This document shows positions 1 through 11,257 of a DNA stretch of 64,000 nt, in pieces; within the stretch, counting starts at the first letter, position 1, and the number at the start of each line of letters is the position of its first letter. The notes under the pieces are model-generated. The model ran no database searches, was not told the DNA's origin, and saw only the letters and a list, made by a program, of their open reading frames with translations. Location: positions 7,502,001-7,566,000 of the forward strand of contig JBHGNT010000008.1 of NCBI GenBank assembly GCA_043228905.1, written 5' to 3'. The position numbers and the translations under genes are program-made. The DNA comes from Azolla caroliniana (taxonomy: Eukaryota; Plantae; Polypodiophyta).

Positions 1-99
1 TAAAGTTGACTTCACAGTACTAGTTTATTTGAACTACTATTTTACTTCTTTTGGAGGGTGGTTTCACAGTATGTGTAAGAAACATCACGACACCATAGA

Positions 100-1450
100 C
101 TAGGAACCTGAAATTTTATGGGCATGACCGCCTCTAGCCTGAATGTTAATTGGTACGGTGTTATCTAGATACTTGTTTTGTACGTCGTCCGATATGCCCA
201 CAACACACTGTGCAATTTTGTATCCCAATCCGTCCAGATTTTGTTCACAATCTTCCGGAGGATGTTTTGAAGCGTCTTGTTGTTGTTCCTCAAGCTCGAC
301 AGTGCCAATCAATGATTTTTGGATAATCACTCGATCCTTGTGTTCTTGGGCCAGCAACCACGATACTTACTGTAGACGTTGGGCAAGCCATTCAACTAGT
401 TCATATGATGTGTCGAATTGCATAATGGCTGCCAATTCATGTGTTGTTGGTGGAAGTTTGGGTACGCCTAATACTTCTCTGAGATGCATCAATGATGATT
501 TTCCTTTCTCTACCCTGCTTGTGTCACTTGGATCGACACATCTTTGCTTTTCTGCTTGCTTCTGTTGTGTTTCCACTCTCTATCATTTCTCAGTTGGTGC
601 TTCTTTGTCCAATTGTGGGTATCGTTGAGCTTTCTGCTTTGTTCGTCCCATTTGTTGCGTTGCGTTTGGATTCTGAACGTGTTCTCTAACAAGTGGAGGT
701 GTTGGAGTCTGTGTCGACTCTAGCACTGTGGTGTTAGGCATAGGAGTCGTTATTGGCTCCTATTGTTGCTTGGGTACAGCTTCTAAATGTCAGAACGATT
801 CCGACTATTGTGTGTCGATAGTTGTCGGCTCCGGTTCCTGCCATTCTTCTCGTGACACTTCTCTCCGGGTCCTTGATGTTGTCTGTGGCATTGATTGCCC
901 CCTTGTCCTTGGGGTGCTACGCTGACCCTCCAAACTAGGTATCGGGCAGAGTATTGTAAGCCATCTAGCGAATATATGCTTCATGGGTTTGCCATTTTGA
1001 ACCGCTCTCTGAGTGTCTCCCCGTCATGTAGCCCCAGTCGAACACATCCCCTTCATATGTAGATATAATAAAACCTGCCCATTTTTAAGGCATACAATAG
1101 AATCGGGGACTGATGAATGCGACCTCTAACAGAAACTTGGCGACCTTGTGAAAGAATTCATCTTGACCACCTTGAGTTTGATACGCTTTGGTCGATGGCG
1201 AATAATCACCGAAATATGACCGCAACACTTTCGGTTCTAGCTTTTCCATTGCATCAAATCCTTCTCTTCTAAGATTAAGGAAGCGACGTACCTGTTTGTT
1301 GGTGATTTTGGCGACGTCGATTTGATGGATTATTTCTACGGCACGTGGGTGTGGTTCGGCCTCTGCAACTTGCAAATACCCTTCCAATCCTTTATTGTGC
1401 AACCACTATCGCAGTCTATCTGATACAGGGATCGGCATGTTCTCATCTTG
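100..1450 (-). pseudogene. Disrupted extra 3' ORF of element A
   Basis: 1085-1402 (GLEGYLQV...LRSYFGDYSPSTKAYQTQGG) matches the B extra ORF (GLEGFLTI...LRKYFGEYSLASKAYRTQGG). Confidence 0.7.
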
Positions 1451-1837
1451 GGAGATGTCAAAACTATTGACCAATGGATAGTTGTATTGTTATGTGCAGA
1501 GAGAAGAAAATATATGTACTCTGTGCACTCAAAATGTTTTCTGTTTTTATGAGATAGAAAGTGTGAAGGTAGGGTTTTGAGGGAATAGACATTTCATTTT
1601 TTCGAGGAAAACATAATATACTATTTATGACAGTATGCTATTTATGACAATGATAGTACGAATATAGTAATAAAAGCTCCACCACTCATAATGAATGTTG
1701 CATGATTTTGTGGCTTGTCCATATATAGTCTGAAAAAGACAATGCCAAGAAGTCATCATGCTTTTTCTGTTATCTATTTGCCAAGACTAATTTTCTGGGT
1801 TTTTTTATTTTAGATTTACATTCATGAGTTTGCCACG

Positions 1838-4800
1838 TCACGGTGGGGTTGGTTGACAATCGGTGTCGACTCCGTCTTGAAATGGATTTGTTGGCATTGA
1901 TCCCTTATATGGTTTTAGTTGAAAACCATTTACCCATTTCGGCATGATTTCTCCTGAGAGTGTGCCGACCTGATATGTACCATTATTGTTGTCGACTATC
2001 CAAAATGGCCCGTCCATCAAAATCGAAGTTTTGCCAGGCATTGAACCCATCTTAGTCTAGAAGACTAGCACAGGCTTACCGACCGCGAACATCTTCTCTT
2101 TTTGTTGTCAGTGTCGGTCAACAAATGCCTTTGTTTGCCTCTGTTTTTGCTCTAATGCACACATCACCTACAACCAATTTTCTTGTAACTGAAGCAATTG
2201 TTCTTTTCAAACTTCTTCCGATTGCTCTTCATCCAATCTTTTCTTGTAGAGTCAGAACTGGGAATTCTACTAGCATTACTGCTTCTAACCCGAATGCCAT
2301 TCTAAATGGAGTCGATTTGATGACTGTTTTGTATGAATTGCGATAGGCCCATAAAGCAATATTTAATTTCTGATCCCAATCAGTTATGTTTTCATTAACT
2401 ATTTTTAATTACATCATTTGAAGGGTTTTGTTTGTAGACTTTGCTAATCCATTGGCCTGAGGATAGTACGGAGTAGTCTTTTTGTGCACTACTGCAGTAT
2501 ATGTAGATAATTCATGTACTATTTTATTAATGAAATGAGTACCTAGATCACTGACTAATTTGATTGGGCACCTAAAACACCACCATATGTTTTCGTAGAG
2601 AAATTTGGTTGCCGATGTCGCCGTGTTATCCCGCAAAGGCTTAGCTTCAACCCATTTCGTGCAGTAGTCTGTAGCTACTATAATATATCGATTGTCGGTC
2701 CTAATAGCTTCTAGTTTAAATTGTCTAACAAAGTCCATACCCCATTTTTGGAAGGGTTCTAACAGTAATACTGGTTGAAAAGGCATCTTGTCTTTTTTTG
2801 TCAGTTGACCGATTTGTTATCACAAGTCTCATTGTCTGCAATACTCAACTACATCTTTAGTAGTTGTCGGCCACCATAGGCCACTGCTCCATATTTTCCT
2901 AGTTGTTGCTTCTCCCGCATAATGCCCTTCGGCTATACCGCAGAGGGTTTGCCGTAAAATTCCTTCTTTCTCAAATTCCCAAACCGCACACCACCATATG
3001 CCATCAGCCCCTTTATGGTATAGTGTCTCGTTCAATAGACAGAAATTCCGACTTCTTACGGTTAATCGCCTCCTTTCATCGAGAGACATATTGTCAGGTG
3101 GTAGTCCTGTACTAAGAAAAATTGTCATCTCTGTAATCTATGCATCCGCTATGTCCTCACCCGTCTCCGTGGTTACTACTATGTCGCCCCAAAAAGTTGA
3201 GCGTCGGGAAAATCGTCTTTAACTCATGTTCCCTCTTCTCCCGACTCCAATCGACTAAGGTAATCAGCAATTGCACTGGTCTATGAAGAATGTCGAATTC
3301 GAATTCCTGCAGTAGCATTGTCCATCTTGCTAGTTTACTTGTGAGTTCTTGCTTGGATACTAAATATAGCAAGGCCGAGTGATCGACGTGAAATGTAAAT
3401 TTCCGTCCCAGTAGGTAGTGTCGGAATTTATTAATGCTATAAATCATCCCCAAAGCTTCCCGTTCGGTTGTCGAGTATTCTCTTTCCGCAGTGGAAAGTT
3501 TCCGACTCACGTAGTATACTAGCCTATACCAGTTTGGCTCCGACGGCTGCATTAAGGAATTGCCGATTGCTACATCTGACGCATCGAAAAAGAAGTGAAA
3601 AGATTTCTCCCAATCAGGAGGTTGTACCACGGGTACTTTAGTAAGCATTTTCGTGAGGCAATCATAAGCATCCTATTCCACTATCGTCCATTGGAAAGGT
3701 GTTTTATGCACTGTTGTGTGCAGTGATACTGCTACATCGGCAAGATAATGAATCATCCGACTATCCCATCGGATTTGGCCCAAAAACTGACTGAGAGCCT
3801 TTGCATTGGTTGGTGTCGGTGCTTCCATTATTGCCTTCACCTTGTCAGGATCGACTGCAATACTGTCCTGACTTACTATATGTCCTAACAATGCCCCACT
3901 TGTTACTCCGAATGCACATTTGGCCGGATTGAGACTAAGTCGACCTTGGCGACACCGTTCTAGGCATAGCCTTAAATGTTCGAAGTGTTCCGTCTTTCGA
4001 CTATAGACCACGAAATCATCTAGAAAGACTTGCATAAATGCAGGGATATAGTCATTAAAAATTACCCTTTGAAATGTTACAAGAGCCATTTTTAATCCGG
4101 ACATCATGACAACTGCAACAAAGACTCCCCATTCTGTTACGAAAGCTTTCTTTTCTTGATCTTCCGGATGCATGCGAACTTCATTATAACCACTGAAAAC
4201 ATCCAGAAAACTGTAAATCTCATGACCTGCTATGGCATCTAGAATGCCATCCATAAATGGTAATGGAAATGCATATGTTACTGTAGTTGCATTGAGTTTC
4301 CTATAATCGACACACACTCGAATTTTACCATTCTTCTTAGGCACCACTACAATCAGACTTAGCCAAGTTGCCTTTTTCACTGATCGGATAAATCCGACCC
4401 TTAGTAATTTGTCAATTTCCTCGTTGACCTTCACCGCATAGTTTGGATTTAACCGGTAGCGATGTTGTTGCATAGGCTTTGCACCCTTGTGTAAATTTAT
4501 CTGATGTTGACAAAATGTTGGATCTAATCCTTGCATATCTTCAAATGACCAGGACAAGACATCTTTGTACTGTCTCAATAAATTCTTTAGTTCTTCTTTA
4601 TCAACCAATTGCATTTCTTTGGCTATCAGTATAGTATTAGGTTCAGCCTCGGTGTTGACGTCGGCTAAATTCAGTTCTTCAAGTGTCAATGCTTGTACTC
4701 TTTGGGACACCTTCATTTCCTTTTTTGTGGCTTCTAGTTGCAATCGAATCTCTTTTGATGTCTGCTCATCCACCGGAATTTCATCTTCCTTGTCTTCTAT

Positions 4801-5494
4801 ATAAGTAGTGAGCATCTACAAAAATGTCGATTTCAAAGAGTGGAAAGATCTTTGGGTTTTCGTGAAAATACTGATCTTCCTCTGCTTCATCCAATCCTCC
4901 CATCATATTGACTGACTCTGCATGGACTGGTAGACATTGACGAACCGTACTGACTTTGTCCTGATTTTATATCCGAATTTTAGTTTTGCCTTTTCTGAAT
5001 GTAGGCACATTCTTGTTCCGATTTTGCTTAATATTAGTCGTTTTTAACCATGGTCAGCCTAACAGTAATAGACAGGCTCCAGGAGCATCCAGATGAAGCA
5101 CTATTGCTGATATCTGAAAATTGTGTCCCCCGAGAATGACATCCAATTGTCGGATTAGCCCAAGTGTCTTAATTGTGCTTGTGTTGGCCATCTGTAACCA
5201 AAAAGGACATGCATCCCACTTGGTAATTCCAAGCTTATCACAAGTGGTCTTGTTGATGGCATTGACCCTTGACCCACCATTGACGATAGTCCCCACTACT
5301 TCTTGACCCCGAATTATCACCTTTATTGAAGGACTTTGTTCATCCATGACTATCAGACCATTGTTTGGATGACTATAATTGACCGATACTTGCTCTACAT
5401 CTTTTTGTGCAATAAGAGTTGTCACCTTTTCTGTAAAACAGGGTACTAACTTTAGTAATCCTGTCAAAGGTAATGAGACTTGGAAATCCGCCAA
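1838..5494 (-). pseudogene. Disrupted pol (PR-RT-RH-INT) of element A
   Basis: Consecutive ORF fragments carrying canonical RT, RH and INT motifs, broken by frameshifts. Confidence 0.85.
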
Positions 5495-6517
5495 AATCTT
5501 GGTTTCCTCCTGCTTGTGAGTCGATAGCGGTTCGGACTAAGGGGCAGGTTGCTCCTTATTTGATATCTCATTATGGTGCACCATTTTGGCGACATTATTC
5601 CTTAGCAGCTTTTCGAACAGCTTCTTGTACTTCCCCCTCTGATTGTTTTCCTTTGCTACGAGTGGTCACTTGTTGAATTTTGGGTACAACCATATTGACA
5701 GTTGGTGCATTCCCTTTTTCTCTTGTCGGACATTGATTTGCATAATGACCATCTTTCCTACATATGTAACAATTCCGTACCGATGAACCACTTCATTCAC
5801 AAGTTTCATATTGAGGATGTCAAACATCCCGGAAATCAGAATTTTCTCTCTCTTGAGTCTCATGCCGAAATTGCCGAGACCCCTTGGCCTTCTTGTTATC
5901 ATTGAACTGTTGATTTCCTTGACGATTATCATCTGCCCGCCGAAAATTATTAGACTTTTTGTCTTCGTGATAACGACCTCCTCTATACAGTTGTCAGTTA
6001 CCATTATCTCTTTGAGGTGAATAATCACGATCATTATTCCGACCATCACGGCGATGATCACTCTACCGATCTTCATCCTGTCATGAATCATAACAGTCAT
6101 TGTGCCGATACTCATCCCAGTTATGATCATTATCATTTCTTTGATTGTCATCACGATCCCCCCGATCCGAGTGATATCTATCATTGTAATGATCATCCTC
6201 TTGTGATCAATTAGTTGATTTATTCCTGTTCTCCTTATAAAAAATTTCAGGATAAATTTGTCGAATAGAGGCTACAGAAGAGGTTCGATTTCTTTGCATC
6301 GCGTTCAAGAGTGTCACTGGATTGTTTATGTTTCCCAATGAACTTGACATTCGGAGTTTTGGTGAACTCAGGTTTATTGTGGTCTTTCTAGGAAGTCCTA
6401 TGGTACCGGAGTACCATGTTGACTGCTTCCTCAAAAGTTGTGGGGTCCTTGTCATGGACAATCCAATGGTAATCGTCATTGGGAATACCATTCAAAAAAC
6501 AAGCAACAAACCATTTC

Positions 6518-7190
6518 TCACTCGTGAGTGCTGATTTTTGGATCTAGGTTCGAGCATGATGCACATAATCCTTGGGAGAGGCAAATGGCTTGCTCGACAA
6601 CATCAGCAAGTGTTGCGCTTGTTCGGTTTGAGAAGGTGGTTGCAATAACTATTTCTTGAAAACATCTACACAACCTTCCCAAGTTGTGGGTAAGTTCTTT
6701 GCAGTCCTTAGGCCGTGCCACCAAGCAATAGCTTAGCCACCTAACTCACGACTGACATAACCAATTTTCACAGCGTCTGGCTTGGGATGAAGCTCAAAGT
6801 GAGACTCCCAACGACCAAGCCAAGTGATAATGGCATCCTCGGTTCTTTCTTTCTTATCTCCGTTGAATGGCATGAATACGAAAGAAGGTTCACCTTCTTT
6901 CGTGGACTTAATAGTCAATCGTGGAATTTCTTTTCCAAATCCATATTGGCTTGCTTCATTTCGGCCAATTGATTCAAGGTAGTATTGAGCAATTGCTCAA
7001 TAGTGTTCTCAGCTTGTGTGCAAGATGCAGATTGCAGTTGAGAGGTCTTAGTCGAAGATATCGCTCCAATAGTGTTCAAAATTTGTTCCATGATGCAAGT
7101 TGTGTGTATGCAATATAAATAAGGAGGTTCAAAAAATACGCAAGAAAAATGAATGCTTGAAATTTTGATTGGAAGAACTTTATCCAATAA
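6518..7190 (-). pseudogene. Fragmented gag of a different Ty3/gypsy family, interrupted upstream by element C
   Basis: FMPFNGDK...IITWLGRWESHFELHP...KIGYVSREL resembles the Ty3 capsid N-terminal region and is unlike the A/B gag. Confidence 0.5.
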
Positions 7191-7554
7191 AGCATCTCAC
7201 ATCTTTACCCCTCTAGACATCTGAGATGTGATTCGAGATCCAATAACTATCATGATATGGCAAGACTCAAACCCATGACCTTATGTTACATGGGTCAAGC
7301 TCTTGACCATTACACTATTTATTGTAATACTATAAAAGGAGGCACTATAAAAGGAGGCACAATGCATTATTTCGAACCAAATCGGTTCAACGCCAGTATT
7401 AAGCCTCCTAGCCTTCCTTGTATATTCTTCTCACATAATATATCATTGTCATCATCATTTTCTCTCTCTCTCTCTCTCTCTCTCTCCTTCTCTCGAGTGT
7501 TCTACACCCTCTATTCCTCTTAATACTAATATTCCTCTCTTAGTACTAATTTCT

Positions 7555-7996
7555 TGTTATTCCTTAGGGCCAAACAATGGCCTAACACAGGGTGTCTACG
7601 GAAGACACTTCACCAAAGGGGTGCTACGGCGAGATAACTTAAGACACAACGATTAATCAAACTTAATTGGTTACTTAACAATATGGCATTAGACTTGATA
7701 CACGCGTATGATAGAACAATTAGCACAAAACAGTAATCAATAGTTAAAGATAAAACAAGAAGCTCTATTAATTATCCGTCAAAGTTTTACATTGTAACCG
7801 GGCCTTTATATAAGTCACCGGTGTTGAGTACAAAACGGTGCCAACCGGCACCTGTTCGGAACCGGTCCGGATCCGGATCGGCATACCGATTCCGGTCCGT
7901 CCGTTCACGTCTCATAAACTACTTAATTATAATAGATTCCGAATATACAATCCCTTTCACATTCTAGTCTTTAACTCCTTTGTCGGCCGGGTAACA
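7555..7996 (-). repeat. 3' LTR of element B
   Basis: Direct repeat of 17502-17943; TATATAAAGG on the minus strand. Confidence 0.95.
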
Positions 7997-7998
7997 CA

Positions 7999-8039
7999 TG
8001 GCACACCCGTGGGACAGTACCTTGTACGTTGAATCCCAC
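7999..8039 (+). promoter_or_regulatory. Antisense tRNA-Arg-type PBS-like motif and hairpin at the PPT position of B
   Basis: TGGCACACCCGTGGGAC begins 2 nt from the LTR; GTGGGA...TCCCAC stem. Confidence 0.7.
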
Positions 8040-8049
8040 TATCTAGCCC

Positions 8050-10938
8050 TTAGACTTCGTCCAAGATATCCAGAATACTCTGCTCCAGGGTGTCCAACGG
8101 TTCTTCGGGAATCTTTTGTTGCTGTTGTTGTGGTTGTGGTTGTTGCTCCGGCTCCGGATCCTCCAATTGTTGCTCCTTGGATGGCGTCTGTTCGGCTCCC
8201 GGTACCGGCGGTTGTGGCAGTGATTCCTCCGTCAACTGCTCTGCCGGATTTGACTCTGGTTCACTCACCCCGCCTTGTCTCTGTCCGGTCCTTGCCCTGG
8301 CGATGGCTCCTCATCGCTGACGTTGACGGTCGCCGCCTACTTTGCTTCTTCGTGTCGTAGCCTGGTCCGCTCATAGCTTTCAAACTGGATTTGAGCATCC
8401 AGTCGATCATCGTCCAACTGCTACCAGTTGTCAGACCACTGCTGACTGTTCCTCCGCCAGAGTTACAAAGTCTTCTGCTAACTCATCTCTTACGACGGTG
8501 AAGTCCTCCTTTGTTAACATGTAGCAGTCGTTATCCTTCTGCCGGTTTTCCTCATCCGCCCTTAGCAACTGGAGCTCGGTTGTGTGCTTTGCCCATTTGT
8601 CCCACCATTGCATGGAGCTTTCGTCAATCAAGCGTTTTGTCTTGTTCCTCCATGCCTGGACAATGAACTGGATCCGCTCAAGTCCCATCTTCGATTTGTC
8701 CTCCACGGCTTGCCGTTCTTCCTTCAATTGCTTGATCAACATCACTGTGTCCGCCTCTTGCTCCCGGTAACGTGACAATTGGTTTTGGTAGGTTTTCTGC
8801 AACCTCTGCAATACCATTGTCGATCTTTCCTTTTCTTCATAATGTTGCTTATGGAGCTCCATACGTTCCTACGCGGCTTCCTCTAGTAGCGTTGTTCTTT
8901 CAGCCCGTTCTTCAACTAGCATTGTCTCGACTTGATGAACGTCCTACCAGAGCTCTGCCATCTTCTCCTGTTGCTTCTTATGCTCCGTATCCAGGTGCAG
9001 GTGCTTAAAATCATCGGTCTTCTGCTTCAGCTTCTGGTTGAGTTGCCGGCGAGCGCGGTCTTCCCGATCTTTCTATTGACGGAGTTCTTCTTTAAGTCTT
9101 TCAATCTCCGTTTCCACTATCCGTCGCAGCTTATCCTTTTCTTGCAGCACTTTCTCTTTCTCCTCCTTAAGCCGGTCATATGCCTGATGTCCTTTCCATA
9201 GATTCTCTTCTACCTGACGGAGGTTCTCAGCAATCTTTCTTTGTTCTTCTTCTGTTGCTTTCTTCAAGTCCCTTTCTCGGGTGCGTAGTGCTTCTTGTGC
9301 GGCTAGTTCATCTTTCAATTCGGCAAGCTCTTTTGCTTGCGTTGCCACTATCTCCGGGAGTGGTTTCGTCTCCGGGATCTTATTACTATGTACAGGTGCT
9401 GGTGTGTCTTTATTCTGTTCATCTACCGGAGTCACCGGTGCTTGGATCTGTGGTCCGGTTAAGGCCATTTTGGCCAATTCTTCTGTGGCCAGGTCCAAGT
9501 CTTGTTCTAGGCTCCGGATCCTCGACCGGGCCGTCTCTAGTTCTCCGGTTGTGACTAGCAACCGGTCCATCTGCACTGTCTCTTCCTCCTCTATGTAGTG
9601 CACCACTCCGGCAATCTGTTCTCCAATCCACCGGAGCCATTGGCTATCGGTGCCCTGTTGTTGCGTCTGCACGGAGGGTTGGTTGTTGGTTCCGCTAGCC
9701 AATGGTTGGTCTTGTCCGATTGCATCAAGCTGCAACTCTGGCTCTGGTTGGTGACCACTTTTCCGTTCTGGTTCCGGTTGCACCTCCGTTGGCCGCTCTG
9801 CCTCTGATTGCTCTTGACCTGCCGGTGCGGGAGGCAACTGTACTGCCGGCGCTTGAATTTCGGGTCTTGTCGTATCCTGACCCGCCGGTATAGCTTGTTG
9901 TGAAGGGAGCTCTGTAACTGGTTCTGTCTGAACCGGTTCTGGTTCCACCCTTGGTGCAGGGTCGAGGTGTTCCATCCTTCTTTGGGTCCAAATGCTCCCC
10001 AGCCTGTTCTGCGGTGCTTGCCTTCTGGCACCGTTGGAGGTGCTCTAACGGTTCCTCCTCCGCTTCCTCCTCCTGAGTCCCGATGTTGATTTTTGCTACC
10101 AAGGGGTCCGGCTCTTGTTGAACCGGTCGGTGAAATATGATCTTGATTGGCCCTGCCGGTGTCTCCTCCTGCGTTTCCGCCTGCCGCTTCCTATTGGCGC
10201 ACTCTTTTGCCGCCTTGTCCGTGTCGGCCGCCTTTCCTTTGGGTGCCTTAGAGGCCAACAGTTGTTGCCGTTTTGGAGCCGTTTTTGGGGTGCCTTCGGT
10301 CGTTCTCCCCCGCTTCGTGGTCTTGGCGGGCTCGATAGGTGGTGCCAATAGGGTGAGCCATTGCGCCACTGCAGTCCATATTTTCCGACCCTCCTTGCCT
10401 CTTACAAAGTCGATGGCCGCACAGAGGCCGTCCACAATCAGTACCGGCCAGTCCACCGTCACGTCTTCATACGTTGCTATGACTAAGCCGGCTCGATTCT
10501 GAGGCATGCACAGGGGTCGAGGGTATACATGTCCAAATTCATGGAGCACACGGGCAATCTCTCGAAATAATGTATCTTTGCCGCCCTGTGTCCTATAAGC
10601 CTTGCTGGCCAGAGAGTATTCACCAAAATATTTTCGGAGTTGCTCCAGGGTAGGGTTGTCGATAGTGAAGGTGCCCCTCTCCGGAAGGCAATCAAAGCAT
10701 GGATGGCCTCCTCCGTGATCAATTCTGTGTCGATTTCCTTTACTATCTTCTCCAGCTCCTGGTGCGGTGGTGCCTCCATGATCGTGAGGAAACCTTCTAA
10801 CCCGTGTTGCCTTAGCCACTTCTTGGTTGCTTCAAAGAGTGCTTGGCAGTCCATGGCTTCTTCGAGGTCGGTGAGCGCTGGTGAGGGATGTGTTTGAGGA
10901 GGCTCTGTGTGTGTGGGCTCGCGTTTGATGATCTTCAA
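8050..10938 (-). pseudogene. Extra 3' ORF of element B (frameshifted, roughly 900 aa: conserved N-terminal domain, P/Q/E-rich linker, coiled coil)
   Basis: Pieces at 10483-10938, 9725-10819, 9073-9975, 8431-8862 and 8050-8268 lie downstream of pol on the same strand; E/K/Q heptad-rich. Confidence 0.75.
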
Positions 10939-11219
10939 TCGCCTGTGTGTGTTTGTGCTCCTCTATTCGCGAAATGTGAAGACCTCCATGCGATGGGAGT
11001 TTTCTTGCTGCATGTTGGCGCCTTTTTTCCTTACCCGCGCACGTGCACGTCGTGTACTAGAATAGAATGACGTGCCATGTGGCAGCGGTTTAATACCCTA
11101 TTAATAGCCCACTACGTACCTTCTCAAAGTGCCTGTTCACTCCTTGTTCTTGCATGTGTCCATTCACACCTCGCCCTTGTATGATTTACTTTGATTTGAT
11201 TCGATTTGATCAGATTCGA

Positions 11220-11252
<33 letters not shown>

Positions 11253-11257
11253 GTTGG

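Larger units (their letters stand above)
1..6200 (-). mobile_element. Degenerate non-chromovirus Ty3/gypsy element A (gag C-terminus, PR, RT, RH, INT, extra 3' ORF); LTRs not visible in window
   Basis: Minus-strand fragments in gypsy order: PR-like (IVNGGSRVN, 5054-5494), RT (RVCVDYRKLN, VFLDDF, 3673-4815), RH (DASDVAIG, YSTTEREAL, 3157-3648), INT (2409-3128, 1838-2050). Homologous to element B. Many stops and frameshifts. Confidence 0.85.

Noticed and set aside
7999-8095. Complete tRNA gene on the minus strand (ACACCC could pair with GGGTGT)
   Set aside because: No D or anticodon arm, and the 5' acceptor half is not conserved at 21229 or 30301.
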